A stretch of DNA of 64,000 nucleotides, taken from NCBI GenBank assembly GCA_951406725.2, contig OX597828.1:69006001-69070000 (forward strand), given 5' to 3'. This DNA is from Octopus vulgaris. Lineage: Eukaryota. Shown in pieces: positions 27,350 to 39,484 of this stretch. Numbering within the stretch: the first letter of the stretch is position 1; every line of letters starts with the position of its first letter. The notes beneath the pieces were generated by a model. That model searched no databases and was not told the DNA's origin. It was given only the letters and a program-made list of their open reading frames with translations. A program made the position numbers and the translations under genes.

Positions 27350-28490
27350 CATACATACATACATACATACATACATACATACATACATACATACATACAT
27401 ACATACATGCATATATACATACATACATACATACATACATACATACAACATACATACATACATACATACACACATACATACATACATACATACATACATA
27501 CATACATACATACATACATACATACAAACATACATGCATACATACATATATACATACATACATGCATACATACAAACATACATACATACATACATACATA
27601 CATTCATACATACATACATACATACATACATGTATACATACATACATACATACATACATACATACATACATACATACATACATACATACATACATACATA
27701 CATACATACATACATACATGTATATATACATACATACATGCATATATACATACATGCATACATACATACATACATAATACATACATCCATCATCCATCCA
27801 TCCATCCATCCATCCATTCATACATACATAGATACATACATACATGCATACATACATACATACATACATACATACATACATACATACATACATACATACA
27901 TACATACATGCATGCATGCATACATACATACATACATACATACATACATACATACATACATACATACATACATACATTCATACATACATACATACATACA
28001 TACATGCATATATACATACATACATACATAAATTCATACATACATACATACATACATACATACATGCATGCATGCATACATACATACATACATAAATACA
28101 TACATACATACATACATACATACATACATACATACGTACATGCATACATGCATACATACATACACACATACATACATACATACATACATACATACACAAT
28201 ACATACATACATTCATACATGCATACATACATACATACATACATACATACATACATACATACATGCATACATACATACATTCATACATACATACATACAT
28301 ACATACATTCGTACATACATACATACATACATACATGCATGCATGCATACATACATACATACATACATACGTACATGCATACATACATGCATACATACAT
28401 ACATACATACATACATGCAAACATGCATACATACATACATACATACATACATACATACATGCATACATACACACACACATACATACATAC

Positions 28491-28524
<34 letters not shown>

Positions 28525-28626
28525 TCATACATACATTCATACATACATACATACATACATACATACATACATACATACATACATACATACATACATACAT
28601 ACATACATGCATACATACATATACAT
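26631..28626. repeat. ~2-kb (CATA)n array with CATG/CATT/CATC variants
   Basis: Directly visible; source of many spurious long ORFs. Confidence 0.97.
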
Positions 28627-28756
28627 TTGCAAATTGAAAGACAGGAAGGTAGAAAGAGAAAGCGAACGAGAATCTAAAAATGTTTATGACGATGGCACGA
28701 AAACTTTTAATTAAAACCATTGGGTTTGGTTAATTTTTGCCAAATAGTAAGGAACG

Positions 28757-28798
<42 letters not shown>

Positions 28799-29099
28799 AC
28801 ACACATTTGCATACACATTGATACACACCCACACAGACACACGGAAGCGCGCACATCTTTCTCACACATGAACCATTTACATCTCCATCAATCTAATTCC
28901 ACATGTGTCAATCTCATTATAGATCTTAAACCTCACCTCCAAATTTGCCACATGTAAGCCAATATCACATGTGGTTACCCCATTACACAGTAAGAAGCTT
29001 CTCGGTTTTTTTTTTCTAATATAGAAAATTGCGGCATTAATAATTACACACTCACACACACACACGTGTACACACATACACATATATGAATTTATGTGC

Positions 29100-29114
29100 A
29101 TATATGTGCGTGTA

Positions 29115-29147
<33 letters not shown>

Positions 29148-29423
29148 GTGAGTGTGTGTGTGTATGCGTGTATGTGTGTGTGCGTGTATGTGTGTGTGTG
29201 AGTGTGTGTATGTGTATGTGTGTGTGTGTATGTTTATGTGTATGTGTGTGTGAGTGTGTATGTGTATGTGTGTGTGTATGTATATGTGTGTTGTGTGTGT
29301 GAGTGTTTATGTGTATGTGTATGTGTGTGTATATGTGTGTTGTGTGTGTGAGTGTGTGTGTGTATATTTGTGTGTGTGAGTGTGTATGTGTATGTGTATG
29401 TGTGTGAATGTGTATGTGTGTGT

Positions 29424-29480
<57 letters not shown>
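29100..29480. repeat. (GT)n-rich tract; a (CA)n-rich tract of opposite polarity lies at 29968-30215
   Basis: Directly visible. Confidence 0.9.
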
Positions 29481-29481
<1 letters not shown>

Positions 29482-29926
29482 TTAAAGAGAGCTGAGGGGA
29501 GAAAGAGAGATATCTACTCTTGTGAAAGCCGTAGTATTATTTTACAAGCATTTTACAGACCAAACTTACCAAAGACCTTCACTGCCCAGTCAACCCTTGT
29601 GCGTATGCAAAACGTATTACCGCTATATCATTCGTTGTGTTACATCTCACACACACCGTAGCACCGAAGACATTGAATTACTGAATATTTTATAATTATT
29701 AACTCGATTCTATAAGAGGTTGATTCGACCGGTTAAAGTTTCCACAGACCAAATGTGTCACTTTTTTCTCTCTCTGTTGCACAGCTTGAAATATATCAGT
29801 TTACCGTAATGTCATATTGCTGCTCTCCACGAAGTTTAGCAAAGTAGCTTGATAAAGAGTCGGGGGTCCTTTTCGCCTTGTCCCTATTTTTTTTTATCCA
29901 TATAGTATTTCCCATCGGAGACAGTA

Positions 29927-30015
<89 letters not shown>

Positions 30016-30295
30016 TAAACATACACACACACATACACATACACATACACGCACACACACACTAACACACATACACACACACACTCACACACACACATAC
30101 ACATAAACATACACACACATACACATACACACACACTTACACACACACATACACGCACACACACACTAACACACATACATACACACACACACACACACCA
30201 CACACTCACACACACATAATGGGATTATAAATAAAAGGTAACACACACACATTCACCACATACATTTTTGTAATTATTTCAGTATACTGCCTGTG

Positions 30296-30336
<41 letters not shown>

Positions 30337-30659
30337 TAACATCACCATCATCATTTCATTGATTCTTTACTTTGGCCTAAGTAGTGAATGTAATTAATTA
30401 TACTGAGTTTTTATTTTAATGTAATAATGATTTTTTTTAAATTGATGCAAGACCTAAAAACGATTAGGGAAAGCTAGACTCAATTCAACTAATCTCATTA
30501 TATAATTAATGCTCATTTCAACAATTCTAAATGAAATCAGAAACGCAAGATTGAGATAAAAGACAAAGCGGAATTTGAACTTAGAATGTTCAAAGGAAGG
30601 GACTAAACACTAAAAGACCCTTCCCGTTTCATTTTCCCCATTCCTCCCATAGCATATAT

Positions 30660-30876
30660 ATTTCTTTACAACCCACAAGGGGTTAAACACAGAGGGGACA
30701 AACAGATTAAGTCGATTATATCGACCCCAGTGCGTAACTGGTATTTAATTTATCGATCTCGAAAGGATGAAAGGCAAAGTCGACCTCGGCGGAATTTGAA
30801 CTCAGAACGTAACGGCAGACGAAATACGGCTGCGCATTTCGCCCGGCGCGCTGACGTTTCTGCCAGCTCTCTGCCT
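30660..30876 (-). mobile_element. SINE family B
   Basis: Matches 18595-18825. Imperfect 19-bp duplication TTCCTCC(CA/TC)TAGCATATAT at 30641-30659 and 30877-30895. Confidence 0.88.
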
Positions 30877-31167
30877 TTCCTCCTCTAGCATATATTTCTG
30901 ATATTCTCTTGTTCAACACTTTTTTTTATTATTGTTACAAAAAGACTAACATCCACGAGGAAGTTATGAAACTATAAAGTTGCCGGTACATTAGCACTGA
31001 ATTCCGATTATGTCTGTCCAACTTGCAGCAGAATGTTTCGTTCTCGCATTAGAAAGTGAAAAACTTCCGGAAACAACACTTGGGTCTTTTGAAACCTGGA
31101 GTGATGTCATATTCATCATCCTTGTGGATAGGTAAGTAATAATAATATACTAAAAAAGGGCCTTAAA

Positions 31168-31380
31168 AGTGGCGATCAGCCAGAATTGTTCGCAAACGGA
31201 ACAAAATGCATAGCCATATTTCGTCTGCCGTTACGTTCTGAGTTCAAATTCCACCGAGGTCGACTTCGCCTTTCGTCCTTTCAAGGTCGTTAAAATAAGT
31301 TCGTCAAGCGCTAGGGGTGATTTAATCGACTTATCATCAACCCCAAAATTACTGGCCTTGTGCCAAAATTTGAAACCAAT
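31168..31380 (+). mobile_element. Older family-B-related SINE with alternative tail; partly duplicated at 31768-31894
   Basis: GAGTTCAAATTCCACCGAGGTCGAC core; tail GGCCTTGTGCCAAAATTTGAAACCA is also seen at 41030-41060 (-). Confidence 0.75.
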
Positions 31381-31574
31381 ATTAAAGAATGGCCTAGTTG
31401 TCACTACGCCTGCAACTTATAACATGCAAATATCCAACTACATCACATTCACTTTATTGTTTCAGCAACGTTACTATATTCATTTGTATGTCTGTGTGTC
31501 GGTCCATCATAGAGACAATGACACACAGCAAAGAAGTTATATTAAAAAAGTTCCTTCATTAGCCAACATAATTC

Positions 31575-31730
31575 CTTGACGAGTCAACGTGCTCGCTCGA
31601 CATGCTAGATACAACAGCCAGATCTTCTTCAAATCGTACCTTAGGATAGTGCTGTCTGATATACTGTAAAAAAAGGTGGAATGATCACGGCTGAAACGCC
31701 TTCGATTATTAGTAGTCTGCTCATCAGGGA
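31575..31730 (-). repeat. Unclassified interspersed repeat (family E); related copies at 40800-41010 (+) and 15515-15590 (-)
   Basis: Shared (T)TCAGCCG(T/C)GA(C/T)C block with an upstream AGG in all three copies, and a TCTAGCAT block in the 31.6 and 40.9 kb copies. Confidence 0.55.
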
Positions 31731-32059
31731 GTGAGAATAATAATAATACTAAAAAAAGGGCCTTAAAAGCGGCGACCAGCCAGAATTGTTCGCAAACTGG
31801 ACAAAATGTTTAGCCGCATTTCGTCTAGCAGTGAGTTCAAATTCCACCGAGGTCGACTTTGCCTTTCGTCCTTTCAAGGTCGTTAAAATAAGTTCAGAGA
31901 AACTCAGTGATATATTCACTTTGAAACAGTTTATAAAACAATACGTTCTACGTAAACATATGTCTACATCAAACAGGTTTCACCTGAGAGTTGATAGTTT
32001 TAAGCATGTTTTACTATGACTGAGAATTTCATTTTTCATTCAGAAAATATCCCAAATGA

Positions 32060-32250
32060 ATATAGCTGCACTGGCCGTTATCAGTTTGTGCTGGTCGCCG
32101 TCGAAACGTCAGGTGTTGTAGGACCCCGTGCTACCGATTTCGTCTGCAAGAAAGGGACAACGGCAACCAGTCGCGAGTTGGAGCGGCTCCTGCAGCGAGT
32201 ATCGTTGGCCATTCTCCACGGCAACGCCATCGAGGTCAATACCACGGGTG
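32060..32250 (+). mobile_element. CRE-clade non-LTR retrotransposon C-terminal fragment
   Basis: YQFVLVAVETSGVVGPRATDFV...LLQRVSLAILHGNA matches the F.P.A.ET.G..G..A / QR.S.A..RGNA signature of CRE endonuclease C-termini. Confidence 0.75.
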
Positions 32251-32734
32251 CAGCTGAGCACATCATTTGTTCTGGGATATATGGCCCATCGCCCCCACCT
32301 CATCTTCCGCTGCTTTGTCTCCACCCCAGCACCATCACCACACCACACCACACCTTTTTCCTCCTTTTCTTTCTTTTCCTTTCTTATATCTCTTCTTTCC
32401 CGACTCATTTGTATTCGAACGTTCTAATAAAATAAAGATGTTTCACCAATAAAAAACAAAACAAAACATTAAAACGTTTCGTATATTTCACCCATCTCAG
32501 CTCCGAATGGAAGCAGCGATGATCCTCACGAAAGGTTCATTTGACAAGTCGGGGTTCCTACATTCTTACACGACAAACTTGTCCGACAGCTCGGACTCAC
32601 TTCTTATACGATGGCGATGTTCGACCTAAATAGAGAAGAGGGATATGGAGTATAACGCTGGTATTTGTCTAATTGATATCTGGAGAAATGTAAACGGAAG
32701 AAGATTCTGGTGGGATGGTAAAAATGTCATGCAC

Positions 32735-32995
32735 ACCATCTTGTTTGTTGTTGACACAACGTTTCGGCTGATGTACCCTCCAGCCTTCAACAGGTGTCTT
32801 GGGGGAAATTTTTGAACCAGGGTTCTCATTCCTAAAGTTTCTTTTTTTATGTTATTATTATTATTATTAAGGTCACTGCCTGGAATCGAACTCGGAATCT
32901 TGGGGTTAAATTCACTCCATAATTACCCGCGGGTAATTATGGAGTGACTTTTAGGGCTTATAAATCTAATATTTTTCTATCTTTGCTTTAATATT
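32735..32995 (-). mobile_element. Short element with tRNA-type B box and downstream hammerhead motif (32753-32798)
   Basis: Minus strand GAGTTCGATTCC (32882-32893), then GACAC-CTGTTGA-A-GGCTG-gagggtacat-CAGCC-GAAACGTT-GTGTC. Confidence 0.65.
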
Positions 32996-33226
32996 CTCCG
33001 AAAGTAAGTCAAGCGAGACAACTCACATTAGGTCCCTTTCTCGGAGATAGCAGAGATAGATGTTTCGTCATTGTTGTGACTTCTCAATGCCGTGTACTGA
33101 ATAAGGCCTTGCTGCAAGCCATATCCCCGACCACGACTATATTGATAAACAGATAGATAGACAGACATATGGACAGACAAACAGACAGATAGATAGATAG
33201 ATAGATACATTGATAGGTAGATTGAT

Positions 33227-33333
<107 letters not shown>

Positions 33334-33435
33334 TCAAAAGAAGCAACAGAATGGATATCCTGTTGCTTATTTTGATTTTATTCACCTTATTTGAAACTGT
33401 ACGGATAATTCCGCACTGAATCTCAATTATTTTTG

Positions 33436-33485
<50 letters not shown>

Positions 33486-33486
<1 letters not shown>

Positions 33487-35860
33487 CTTTCTTTTATTAG
33501 CCACACAATGATGAGCGATTGGCCAGAGAGGTAAGTGTTTGTCTCTAATCCTTTCGCTCGAGTCCACCACACACATTCTTTCACCATGGCCACCAGTACG
33601 ATGAAAGTTGTCCTGAACAGGCGGGTCAGGGGACAAATACAAATGCAGAGCTTTTCTTTTCGAGGGTGGAAAAAAATAAAAAATGTAAGATTGCGATCAA
33701 AAGGGATCGAGAGGAGGAAAAAAAGGAAAAAAAGGAAAATCGTGTATCACAGAAATAATGGTGTAAACATTGATATAACAAGATTGGGTTCATCCGTGGG
33801 AAGAAAAGCCTACAGAAAAGACCACGGGAACCCCAGTCAGGGAGGAAATAAACACATGAGGTCAAAAATGCTCTCTTTCTTTCTTTTTTACGATCTACAG
33901 GATCATGCTCAAAATGGTTTCGTTACTAGCACGCACCATCTTTGCAACATTCACCCATCTTTTTTTGAATCTTTCGCAAGACAAAACTTCCCTCTCCATT
34001 CTCACCTTCCTTTTCAAGTGGTACTTGAAAAAGTTGATGAGCGATTGGCCAGAGAGGTAAGTGTTTGTCTCTAATCCTTTCGCTCGAGTCCACCACACAC
34101 ATTCTTTCACCATGGCCACCAGTACGATGAAAACTGCCTTGCCTTCCCGGTTGAGGGAAGGGGGCGGAGCAATTCTCACGATAGACTCGGCCGATAGGCG
34201 GATTCGTCCCACACGTGACAGCAGCCGTTCGGCATAAGCCCACAGGTCGGAAATGGTTGGACATTGCACGAGTGCGTGCAGAACGGTTTCGTCGCTCTGA
34301 CCGCATCTCGGGCAAGTCGGTCCAGTGTGTCTGGAACCGTGTCTGTAGAGCTTATCCCGAACAGGTAATGCTTCTCGATAGCACTGCCAGGCCAGGGATC
34401 TTTGGTGATTGTTCATAGGTCCCGGCCCGAAAGTTGTCCTGAACAGGCGGGTCAGGTGTTCCTCGTCGACGCCCAGACTCTGCCCGAGTTCGTCGTCGCA
34501 CCTCCCCTCCACTAATCCTCTATAGAATGCCTTTGTTGTGATGGAGTCGCACAAGTTCGATCCCGGACGGCAGAGTTGCTTGAGAGCAACGCGACACTCG
34601 CGGTGCCATTCGCCTAGCCTCGGTCTCTGCTTGATCCATGACTGTAGTTCGTCCAAGGAGACGAGCTGCGGGAAAGCGCGCCGCACAAAAGGCGACCACC
34701 CCTGTTCACCGTTGTCTATGAAGCGCCGGAGATGTCGCAGTCTCAGCGCATGTCTGCGCATCATCAACCACGGCATGCCCAGCCCTCCATTTAGCGGGTG
34801 TTGGCAGCAAATGGATCGCCTAACCATCGGAACGTTTCCCTTCCACAAGAAGCGGAAGAGTATGCGTTCCAGTTTGGTGATGGTAGGGTCGGGACAAGGC
34901 ACGACGGTCAGACGATACTCGATGACGGATGCGATGTACGCGTTCGCCACCTCCGCCCGACCTTTTAGGGATAGCTTTCTCTCAGTCCATTTCTGGGTGA
35001 GAGTAGCCACCCTAGTCGTTATCTCGCCCCAGTTCTTCTCCATTTGGAGGTCCGGACCGAACCAGACCCCGAGCAATTTAACCGGTCCGTCCGTCCAGCG
35101 TCCCACGATGGAGACGCTGTTGGACGGCATGGGCTTGCTTCTCCAGGTGCCGAGCCGCAAGCCCACTGACTTTTCCCGGTTAATTTTTGCTCCCGTTACC
35201 GCTTCGTATTCTTTCAGTGTCTCGCCGACCAGCTCGATGTGCTCGTAGCTCGACACTATGACGGTGACGTCATCCGCGTATGCAGACACGCTCCTCCCGC
35301 ATCCCAGCTCTCGTGGGATGCCCCTCAGCGTCGCCAGTTTCCGCAGTAGTGGCTCAAGAGTCAGTACATACAGCAGCGATGAGAGGGGGCATCCCTGACG
35401 AACCGAACGCATGATGTTAAAAGGTCTGGATAGATGACCATTTACGCGAACTACTGAGCGGATGCCGCTGTATAAGGCAGCGATCCAACCGCGGAAAACT
35501 GGACCGAAACCAGCCGCTTTGAGGACAGCCTCCAAGTAGTGATGGTCTACCCTATCGAAGGCTTTTGATTGATCCAAATTGATCAGCGCCCCACCCATGC
35601 CAGGATTTTTAACTACCCTGTCTATGATGTAGCGCATCAGATGGAGGTTGTCATGAATACTTCTACCCGGCACGGCGCATGTTTGCGCCTTGTCGATTAG
35701 TTTCTTGATGACAAGCGCCAACCTCTCGGCTAACACCTTGGCCAAAATTTTCAAATCTGCGTTGAGCAGAGTGATGGGCCTGAAATTATCTATGACGTCC
35801 CCCTTGTTTGGGTCTTTCTTGATCAGTGCCACTGCTCCTCGCTTTACAAAAGCAGGAAAT
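33486..35860 (-). mobile_element. 5'-truncated L1/Tx1-clade LINE inserted in (GATA)n
   Basis: RT ORF plus ~400-bp 3' UTR ending TGTGGCTAATAAAAGAAAG. (AGAT)n at 33437-33485 and 35862-35943. Confidence 0.92.
33895..35860 (-). CDS. LINE ORF2 fragment: reverse transcriptase + C-terminal CCHC zinc knuckle (no endonuclease, no true start)
   Basis: Uninterrupted ~650 codons: NFRPITLLNADLKILAK, LDQSKAFDRVDH, VRQGCPLS, AYADD, KLLGV, GGLGMP, CPRCGQSDETVLHALVQC. The 5' extension to 36045 in the ORF track is microsatellite read-through. Confidence 0.93.
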
Positions 35861-35943
<83 letters not shown>

Positions 35944-35969
35944 TAAGAGAATAAAGTGTACGTACGCCG

Positions 35970-36011
<42 letters not shown>

Positions 36012-36019
<8 letters not shown>

Positions 36020-36140
36020 CAAAATGGGACAAGAACGCAAAACATCCAGAAGACGATACAAAAAACACGGACGGGTCATTCGAAGCCTTTAATCTTCAGT
36101 CAAGAACCGGATCATCCTCACAATTTCGGCTGATTAATCT

Positions 36141-36142
<2 letters not shown>
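36012..36142 (-). mobile_element. Probable Penelope-like terminal fragment
   Basis: Minus strand CAGCCGAAATTG followed by a T-rich 3' run into (TA)n; the 5' side is lost in (GACA/GATA)n. Confidence 0.4.
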
Positions 36143-36237
<95 letters not shown>

Positions 36238-36313
36238 TGAAAGATAGATAGATATATAGATAGATAGATAGATAGATAGATAGACAGATAGGCAGACAGA
36301 CAGACAGACAGAC

Positions 36314-36382
<69 letters not shown>
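36143..36382. repeat. (GACA)n/(GATA)n microsatellite
   Basis: Directly visible. Confidence 0.95.
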
Positions 36383-36383
<1 letters not shown>

Positions 36384-36849
36384 ACTGTTGCGTAAGATAC
36401 AATTACGTTCTGTATATGATATGGACGGCATCCTGTGTAATACTATTTAACACAACGCATTCTTTATAACACGACGCTTTCATTATAGAACCTGACCGAC
36501 TTCCAACACAGTATTCCACATAACACGATTACGTTCCATTTAGCACGACTACGTTTTAAACGACTCAGTTCTGTATTACACGAGTGTCTTCTAAGTATTA
36601 TACAGAACACAATATATGTTCTATATAAGCACGATTGTGTTTTTGTTTAACATTATCCCGTTATCATACAACTGACTCCCGGTATAATGACCATCCTTTT
36701 TTTTCTTCATTGAATCAATTTAGTTACGTCTCATCTCACTTCCTTTCAATTGTTACCTGTAGCGCTGGAGGATGGTGGATGGCGGTGGTGGTGGTGGTGG
36801 TAGTGCATGGGTGATCTGAACATAACAAATCTTCAACATTTCACTTCGC

Positions 36850-36850
36850 C

Positions 36851-36907
<57 letters not shown>

Positions 36908-36941
36908 GTCATCGCCATCATCATCATCATCGTCATCATCG

Positions 36942-37004
<63 letters not shown>

Positions 37005-37951
37005 GTAGCAGCAGCTTCAACGTCGACATCATCGCCACTGTCTTTCTCCTGCTCAGCATCAGCATCACCATGATCCCCCTGCCCCTCTCCCCCTCACCTC
37101 CTCCTTATCATCATCATCATCATCATCACTACTAAAACCAATACCACTGATTGATTTCATGAGGACCCATACTCCATATCTGCACCCACCAAAAAGACAC
37201 GTTCCTCCCTAACCCCCCCTCCACTTCTAACCACTGCAACCAAAGCAATATTTTTCCTGCTGTCCCCTACACTATCGTCAACACTACCTTAGCCTCGACT
37301 GCTGCAACATATGTCCCCCACATATATCCCCCCTCTTTCACTGCAACTATGATCTCCAATTACTCCCCACTACCACTACCACCATCACCACCACTGCCAC
37401 CACTACCACCACCACCACCACCACCACCACCACCACCACCACCACCACCACCACCACCACCACCACCGGCTCAACCCAGGCCCTACACTCCTTTGAAATC
37501 TTCAATCTTTATTAACACCATTATAACCACCACCAACCCCGTCACACTGATCTTACACCCCGTCCTCGTCCTCTCCCTCCTTCCCCTCTTCTCCCCCCTC
37601 CAAAGAACTCTCGGTGCAACCCGACCCATCATCAACATCACAACCTACCGTTTCCGGTCTTTAGACTCCTGTGCATTTCATGTTTTAGGAATTTAGTGGA
37701 GCGAATATCGCATCGTATGTCACCCACCCAGCGACCCCTCCCGCCCTCTTCTCTCGCCCGACACACAAAAATCAACTGTTTTTGTTGGTCTTCTTCTCTC
37801 AACATCCTGCTTTTCTACAAAGGGGATTCATCACAATTTGATCCCTCGCCGCTTTTATTCGTCGTTCTCTTTATACCACCCCTTTACACAAAATACAATT
37901 CTTTTACAACTACCACCACCACCACAACCACCACCACTACTACCACCATTC

Positions 37952-37997
<46 letters not shown>

Positions 37998-38400
37998 CAC
38001 CACAACTACTACTAGTATTATTAGTACGACCACGACGACGACCACTCCAACTACTACTACTACTAGTACTACTACTACTACTACTACCATCACCACCACT
38101 ACCACCACAACTACTATTGGTACTATTAGTACGACCACAACGACGACCACCGCAACTACTACTACTACTACTACAAATACTACTACTACTACTACTACTA
38201 CTCTACCCATTCCCATCACGATCGCCTTCACTAATAATACAGGTTATTACCGCAGTCTTAGATAATCTCGCTATTATCCTTGTCAGTCTCAACGCTACTG
38301 CAATCACCACCACCACAACCATTATTGCCGCAACACAACCACCACCACCACCACCACCACCACCAAGCACTACGACGACAAACACCACCAACACGGCCAA
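36850..38400. repeat. Cluster of trinucleotide arrays: (CAT)n/(CAG)n, (CCA)n, (ACT)n/(ACC)n
   Basis: Directly visible at 36850-37015, 37370-37467, 37910-38200 and 38335-38365. Confidence 0.9.
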
Positions 38401-38621
38401 CAATCGCCATCCCCCCGTCGTGAATCCGATCGTCGCCATCGTCATCGCTAGAAATAAGTGACGGGGAGGAAAAAAAAAGAAAAAAAAGCTGCTTTGTAAG
38501 AAGGCAGAGAATTGTGAGCGACAATTCAGAAAGAACATCGAAAGAGTTTGTTTTACTCCCCCCCCCCCCGTTTGGTGGGATCCAATCAGGCCTGAAATGA
38601 CATCCTCTATTAACTTTTTTT

Positions 38622-39087
38622 CATGTGGCTGTGTGGTAAGTTGCTTGCTTACGAGCCACATAGTTTCGGGTTCAGTCCCGCTTCGTGGCACCTTGGGCAA
38701 GTGTCTTCTACTATAGCCTCGGGCCGACCAAAGCCTTGGGAGTGGATTTGGTAGACGGAAATTGAAAGAAGCCCATCGTATATATTTATATGTATATGTA
38801 ACCCCTTCCCTCTCTATCTCAACATCCAAACTTCCTCATTCTACATCGAGTGAAAAACGGGATGGACGCTTTGATTTTGTTCTGGTGCCTCGCTCTGTCG
38901 TATGAGGATTTGCATCCCCAGCGTAAAACTTATAATGTAATACATGTCCTTGAAGTAGTAATTGTACGCGGCTGAAGAAGGCTATAGACACACATTTACA
39001 TCAATTATGCATTGTTATAAACCGTCTAATAAAGGCCCGAAACATATGTACCGCTAAATCCTTTGCATCATGTTTTTATTTTGTTAA

Positions 39088-39121
<34 letters not shown>

Positions 39122-39350
39122 GTATGTGTATATATGTTTGTGTGTCTGTGTTTGTCCCCCCCAACATCGCTTGACAACCGATGCTGATGTGTTTACGTCC
39201 CCATAACTTAGCGGTTCGGTAAAAGGAGTCCGATAGAATAAGTACTAGGCTTCCAAAGAATAAGTCCTGGGGTCGATTTGCTCGACTAAAAGCGGTGCTC
39301 CAGCATGGCCGCAGTCAAATGTCTGAAACAAGTAAAAGAGTGAAAAAGAG
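38622..39350 (+). mobile_element. SINE family C interrupted by a ~290-bp insertion in its central TA-rich tract
   Basis: 5' half 38622-38798 and 3' half ~39090-39350 both match 44078-44484. Confidence 0.85.
38968..39054 (+). ncRNA. Type I hammerhead ribozyme motif with canonical core, within the Penelope-like insert 38799-39088
   Basis: Stem I GCGG/CCGC; core CTGAAGA; long stem II (GGCT..TAGAC...GTCTA..GGCC); GAAAC-ATAT-GTA with palindromic ACATATGT stem III. Confidence 0.7.
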
Positions 39351-39484
39351 TACACCCAACTATTTATTGAAAACTTGTGTTTTTGTTCTGTCTTTTGTTT
39401 CCCTGCTTTCTTTTTCATTCGGGGTTTTCCGAAACACTTTTCTCCCCACCTATTCTTATTTATCTATTACATTGAACTTGTGCT

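Noticed and set aside
26513-28720. 733-aa, 470-aa and other long ORFs
   Set aside because: Translations of (CATA)n/(TATG)n (YIHT/MYVC repeats); not proteins. The same applies at 24273-25033, 4700-5230 and 5801-6516.
34538-35248. 236-aa plus-strand ORF
   Set aside because: Antisense shadow of the GC-rich LINE ORF.
37349-38829. Mucin-like poly-Thr and poly-Pro ORFs
   Set aside because: (ACT/ACC)n and (CCA)n low complexity; all frames open for trivial reasons.
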